A stretch of DNA of 64,000 bases. It comes from Pedobacter sp. (GTDB taxonomy: Bacteria > Desulfobacterota > Desulfuromonadia > Desulfuromonadales > Syntrophotaleaceae). Position 1 is the stretch's first letter. Each line of letters begins with the position of its first letter. This document shows positions 60,854-64,000 of the stretch, piece by piece. Under the pieces are notes generated by a model. The model saw nothing but the letters and a program-made list of their open reading frames with translations, searched no databases and had not been told where the DNA came from. The translations under genes were made by a program, and so were the position numbers. The stretch lies in the NCBI GenBank assembly GCA_050253415.1, contig JBFWJC010000005.1:136984-200983 (forward strand), given 5' to 3'.

Positions 60854-61924
60854 TCAACCTTCTTTCCGAATAGATGCTATATGTTGTTGAAGATGATGGG
60901 GAGAATCACCTCGTCCCTGCCCAAGACTTCTTCCTAAATGTTCAATCTGCCTGAAAGCGGCATCTCTACTTTGTTCCGCAGTTTCAGTTGAAGCTGCTTT
61001 GCTTGGATAGATTTCGTATAATTGACGATACTTAAGCGGTGTCAGATTCGGCATGACGACGTTTGCCCCCCAGCAAAGTCCCATTTCACGACCAGTCTGA
61101 CGATCCAGGGTAGCCAAGGCGGTGGTGCTGGGGATGTTAGCACCAGGGCAGATAATCCGTGCCAGAGCGAGGACGCGCAGCCCCATTTCAAGGGTGTTGG
61201 GAACCTGATCGGGGACAGGTTGCCCTCCCTGCTCAGCACCTAACGGTGTCTGCGGGTGAGGAATGTAGGGACCAACTCCGATCATAGAAAGATTAAGTTC
61301 GGAAAACAAAGCTATGTCGCGGGCCAAATCATCGTAAGTTTGACCGGGTACGCCTATCATCACCCCACTGCCGGTTTCATATCCAATAGATTGCAGTGTC
61401 TTTAACATAGCAATCCGGTCACAACCTGTATGCCCATTCATCGGTGGATGAATACGATCGAACAGTGCCCTATTGGAGGTTTCGAAGCGCAATAAGTAGC
61501 GATCGGCTCCTGCTTCACGCCAGGCGATCCATTCAGAAGGCTCACGCTCTCCAAGGCTCAATGTTATGGCCAAATTAGTCTGGGCTTTGATGAGCGTGAT
61601 CAACTCAGAGATAAATTCTTTGGTAAGACCGGGGTCTTCACCACCTTGCAGAACTAAGGACCCAAATCCAAAATCTGCGGCCTTGTGGGCGCACTCCAAT
61701 ACTTCATCGGCCGTGATGCGATACCGGTTAATCGAATGATTATCCCTTCGAATGCCGCAATATAAACAATTCCGATTGCAAATATTGGAGAGCTCAACAA
61801 GTCCTCGCAGGTGAACGGCATCACCAACATTATCTTGGCGAACCTTATCTGCTTGGTTTCTCAAGGAATCAAGTGTGGAGCCAGGCGGGCATTTAAGCCA
61901 TTGAACAATCTCTTGATGATTCAT
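60854..61924 (-). CDS. hydE: [FeFe]-hydrogenase maturation radical SAM enzyme HydE
   Basis: RGLVELSNICNRNCLYCGIR, YLLRFET, GPYIPHPQTP, GANVVMPNLTP...YEIYP. Confidence 0.95.
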   Translation of the reverse strand: MNHQEIVQWLKCPPGSTLDSLRNQADKVRQDNVGDAVHLRGLVELSNICNRNCLYCGIRRDNHSINRYRITADEVLECAHKAADFGFGSLVLQGGEDPGLTKEFISELITLIKAQTNLAITLSLGEREPSEWIAWREAGADRYLLRFETSNRALFDRIHPPMNGHTGCDRIAMLKTLQSIGYETGSGVMIGVPGQTYDDLARDIALFSELNLSMIGVGPYIPHPQTPLGAEQGGQPVPDQVPNTLEMGLRVLALARIICPGANIPSTTALATLDRQTGREMGLCWGANVVMPNLTPLKYRQLYEIYPSKAASTETAEQSRDAAFRQIEHLGRSLGQGRGDSPHHLQQHIASIRKEG

Positions 61925-62044
61925 GTATATTATCCACTCCCAGATAGCTAAAGAACTGTGTCAAACCTTAGAATGGATATTAAGGAATAAAATCAATTTA
62001 TTCTTTGATTTAGATCAAATTTAATAACAATAAAGGCTTTAAAA

Positions 62045-62075
62045 AAAAAGCCGGATGCAAAGCATCCGGCTTTTT
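62045..62075 (-). terminator. Intrinsic terminator after the hydrogenase catalytic gene
   Basis: AAAAAGCCGGATGC-aaa-GCATCCGGCTTTTT, with a long A run on the plus strand that reads as a U tract on the minus strand. Confidence 0.85.
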
Positions 62076-62101
62076 GGTTTACCTGGAAGGATAAATCCTT
62101 C

Positions 62102-63859
62102 TTACAGCTGATGACGCTTGAAGTAGTGCGTATGCAGCAGGTGATGCGCTTTTTCGCTAAGCGGCTTGCCCAGGAATTTCTCGTACAGTTCGATAATGTA
62201 CGGGTTTTCATGGGACTTACGGAGTTCTTTGCCTGCGTCTTCGTTGTAAAGGACCTGATTACGCTTGGCAAGAATTTCCATATCGCCGTGATGGTAAGGC
62301 TGACCGCCGCCACCAATACAGCCGCCGGGGCAGGCCATAATTTCGATGACATGGAACTGTTTTTCGCCGCTCGCAACCATCTCGAGCAACTTGCGGGCGT
62401 TACCCAGACCGCTGGCTACGCCAACGTTCAGGGTATGAGGACCAACCTGGATTTCAGCGGTCTTCACGCCGGTCAAAGTACGAACTGCTTCGAACTCAAC
62501 GGCAGGCAGGGTCTCGCCAGTAGCCAGTTCGTAAGCGGTACGCAGAGCAGCTTCCATAACGCCGCCGCTGTTACCGAAGATCGGAGCAGCACCGGTCGAA
62601 GCACCGAGAGGATTGTCGAAATCTTCTTCAGGCAGTTTAGCGAAGTCGATGTTCATACGCTTGACCAAACGACCCAGTTCGCGCGTCGAGATAACGATGT
62701 CTACGTCAGGGTTGCCGTTAACGGCAAATTCCGGACGGGAAGCTTCGTATTTCTTGGCGAGGCAAGGCATGACCGAAACGACAACCATCTTTTCGCGAGG
62801 AACGCCGAGGATTTCGGCATAGTAGCTCTTAGCGATGGCACCGAACATCTGCTGCGGAGATTTTGCGGTGGAGGGAACGTCGATCATCTCAGGGAACTGA
62901 TGCTCGAAGAACTTAACCCAACCAGGGCAGCAAGAAGTCATGATAGGCATCTTGACGTTTTTGTCGCCATCAAGGAATTTCTGCAGGCGATCGAGGAACT
63001 CGGAGCCTTCTTCCATGATGGTAAGGTCAGCGGCGAAATCAGTGTCGAACACGTGATCGAAACCGAGACGACGCAGTGCAGCGGCCATTTTACCGGTAAC
63101 GCTCTGACCGGGTTCCATACCACAAGCTTCGCCCAGGGCAGCGCGAACGGCAGGAGCGGTCTGAACAACAGTCACCTTGTCAGGATCGGCGATAGCGTCG
63201 ATAACTTTCCAGGTGTGGTCGTTTTCAACCAGAGCGCCAACGGGGCAAACCGCCGTACACTGACCGCAATTGGTGCAGGTAGTGTCGTACAGGTTCATTT
63301 CAAACGCAGGAGAAACAACCGCGTCAAAACCACGGTTTACGCCCGAGAGAACGCCGCAGGTTTGAACGTTGTTACACATGGTTTCGCAACGACGGCACAG
63401 GATACATTTGTCCATATCGCGAATGATGGACGGGGAAACGTCCTGACGATAGGTGGACATCTGGCCGGAGAAGCTGACTTCACGGATACCGAAGTATTCG
63501 GTCAGATCCTGCAGTTCGCAGTTGCCGGACTTGGCGCAGATCAAGCAGTCTTTAGGATGGTCGGACAGCATCAGTTCGAGTACGGTGCGACGAGCATTGA
63601 GTACGCGAATGGTGTTGGTTTTAACAACCATGCCGTCCATAACCGGAGTGGCACATGCGGGAGCCAGGTTACGGCGTTTTTCAACTTCAACAACACAAAT
63701 ACGGCAAGATGCGACCATGTTGTTGAACTTCATTTCGTCCATCTGCAGGAAACACAGGGTGGGGATATGGACGTCCAGTTTTTTGGCCGCGTCCAGTATC
63801 GTGCTACCCGCCGGCACCTGAGTAGTTTTACCGTCGATGGTTATATTCATCATAGACAT
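62102..63859 (-). CDS. hydA: Group A [FeFe]-hydrogenase catalytic subunit (HndD/HydA type)
   Basis: H-cluster motifs TSCCPGW, MPCLAKKYE, EIMACPGGCIGGGGQP. N-terminal 2Fe-2S, His-ligated 4Fe-4S (HPKDC) and 2x4Fe-4S domains. Confidence 0.96.
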   Translation of the reverse strand: MSMMNITIDGKTTQVPAGSTILDAAKKLDVHIPTLCFLQMDEMKFNNMVASCRICVVEVEKRRNLAPACATPVMDGMVVKTNTIRVLNARRTVLELMLSDHPKDCLICAKSGNCELQDLTEYFGIREVSFSGQMSTYRQDVSPSIIRDMDKCILCRRCETMCNNVQTCGVLSGVNRGFDAVVSPAFEMNLYDTTCTNCGQCTAVCPVGALVENDHTWKVIDAIADPDKVTVVQTAPAVRAALGEACGMEPGQSVTGKMAAALRRLGFDHVFDTDFAADLTIMEEGSEFLDRLQKFLDGDKNVKMPIMTSCCPGWVKFFEHQFPEMIDVPSTAKSPQQMFGAIAKSYYAEILGVPREKMVVVSVMPCLAKKYEASRPEFAVNGNPDVDIVISTRELGRLVKRMNIDFAKLPEEDFDNPLGASTGAAPIFGNSGGVMEAALRTAYELATGETLPAVEFEAVRTLTGVKTAEIQVGPHTLNVGVASGLGNARKLLEMVASGEKQFHVIEIMACPGGCIGGGGQPYHHGDMEILAKRNQVLYNEDAGKELRKSHENPYIIELYEKFLGKPLSEKAHHLLHTHYFKRHQL

Positions 63860-63877
63860 CTGGAATGTCTCCTTTCG

Positions 63878-64000
63878 TTACTGTTTGATGATGGCGTCGA
63901 ATTTACACTTGTCCAGACATGCGCCGCACTTGATACATTCGGCCTGATCAATGACATGGACTTCCTTGGGCTTGCCGCTGATACAGTTAACCGGGCAAAC
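63878..64000 (-). CDS. C-terminus of a NuoF-like (HndC/HydB) diaphorase subunit, partial
   Basis: Manual translation VCPVNCISGKPKEVHVIDQAECIKCGACLDKCKFDAIIKQ*, directly upstream of hydA. Confidence 0.8.
   Translation of the reverse strand, partial: VCPVNCISGKPKEVHVIDQAECIKCGACLDKCKFDAIIKQ

Overview
Chromosomal window from an anaerobic bacterium, inferred from gene content to be a Desulfuromonadales member (Pelobacter/Syntrophotalea-like). It appears to span the replication terminus: a 28-bp dif-like site lies at 31255-31282 and KOPS (GGGNAGGG) polarity flips around it. From left to right: (1) a Tad/Flp pilus locus with two Flp pilins (1-10.6 kb); (2) GtrA and a sigma54-driven EF-hand protein; (3) a lexA-imuB-dnaE2 SOS mutagenesis cassette with a perfect (GTGACAA)x18 array between imuB and dnaE2, a 19-bp direct repeat flanking imuB-dnaE2, and a triple direct repeat over the lexA promoter; (4) aldo/keto reductase, cold-shock protein and metF; (5) an accessory block (about 20.3-31.3 kb) with two Cys-rich secreted miniproteins, envelope proteins and a sigma54-activated NifX/CGGC/MinD-ferredoxin/IscU/MBL operon, ending in a scarred ORF and repeats next to dif; (6) core genes recG, greA, carB, carA, pyrC, pyrB, pyrR (with PyrR attenuator), lepB, lepA; (7) acyl-CoA ligase, ClC channel, DUF362 plus polyferredoxin, rmuC, twin nitroreductases, a MazG-like plus RelE/ParE-like pair and a lipid-anchored triheme cytochrome; (8) a multimeric [FeFe]-hydrogenase with hydE-hydG-aspA-hydF. 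I saw no rRNA, tRNA, CRISPR array or intact transposase. All calls were made by eye from motifs, without database searches.
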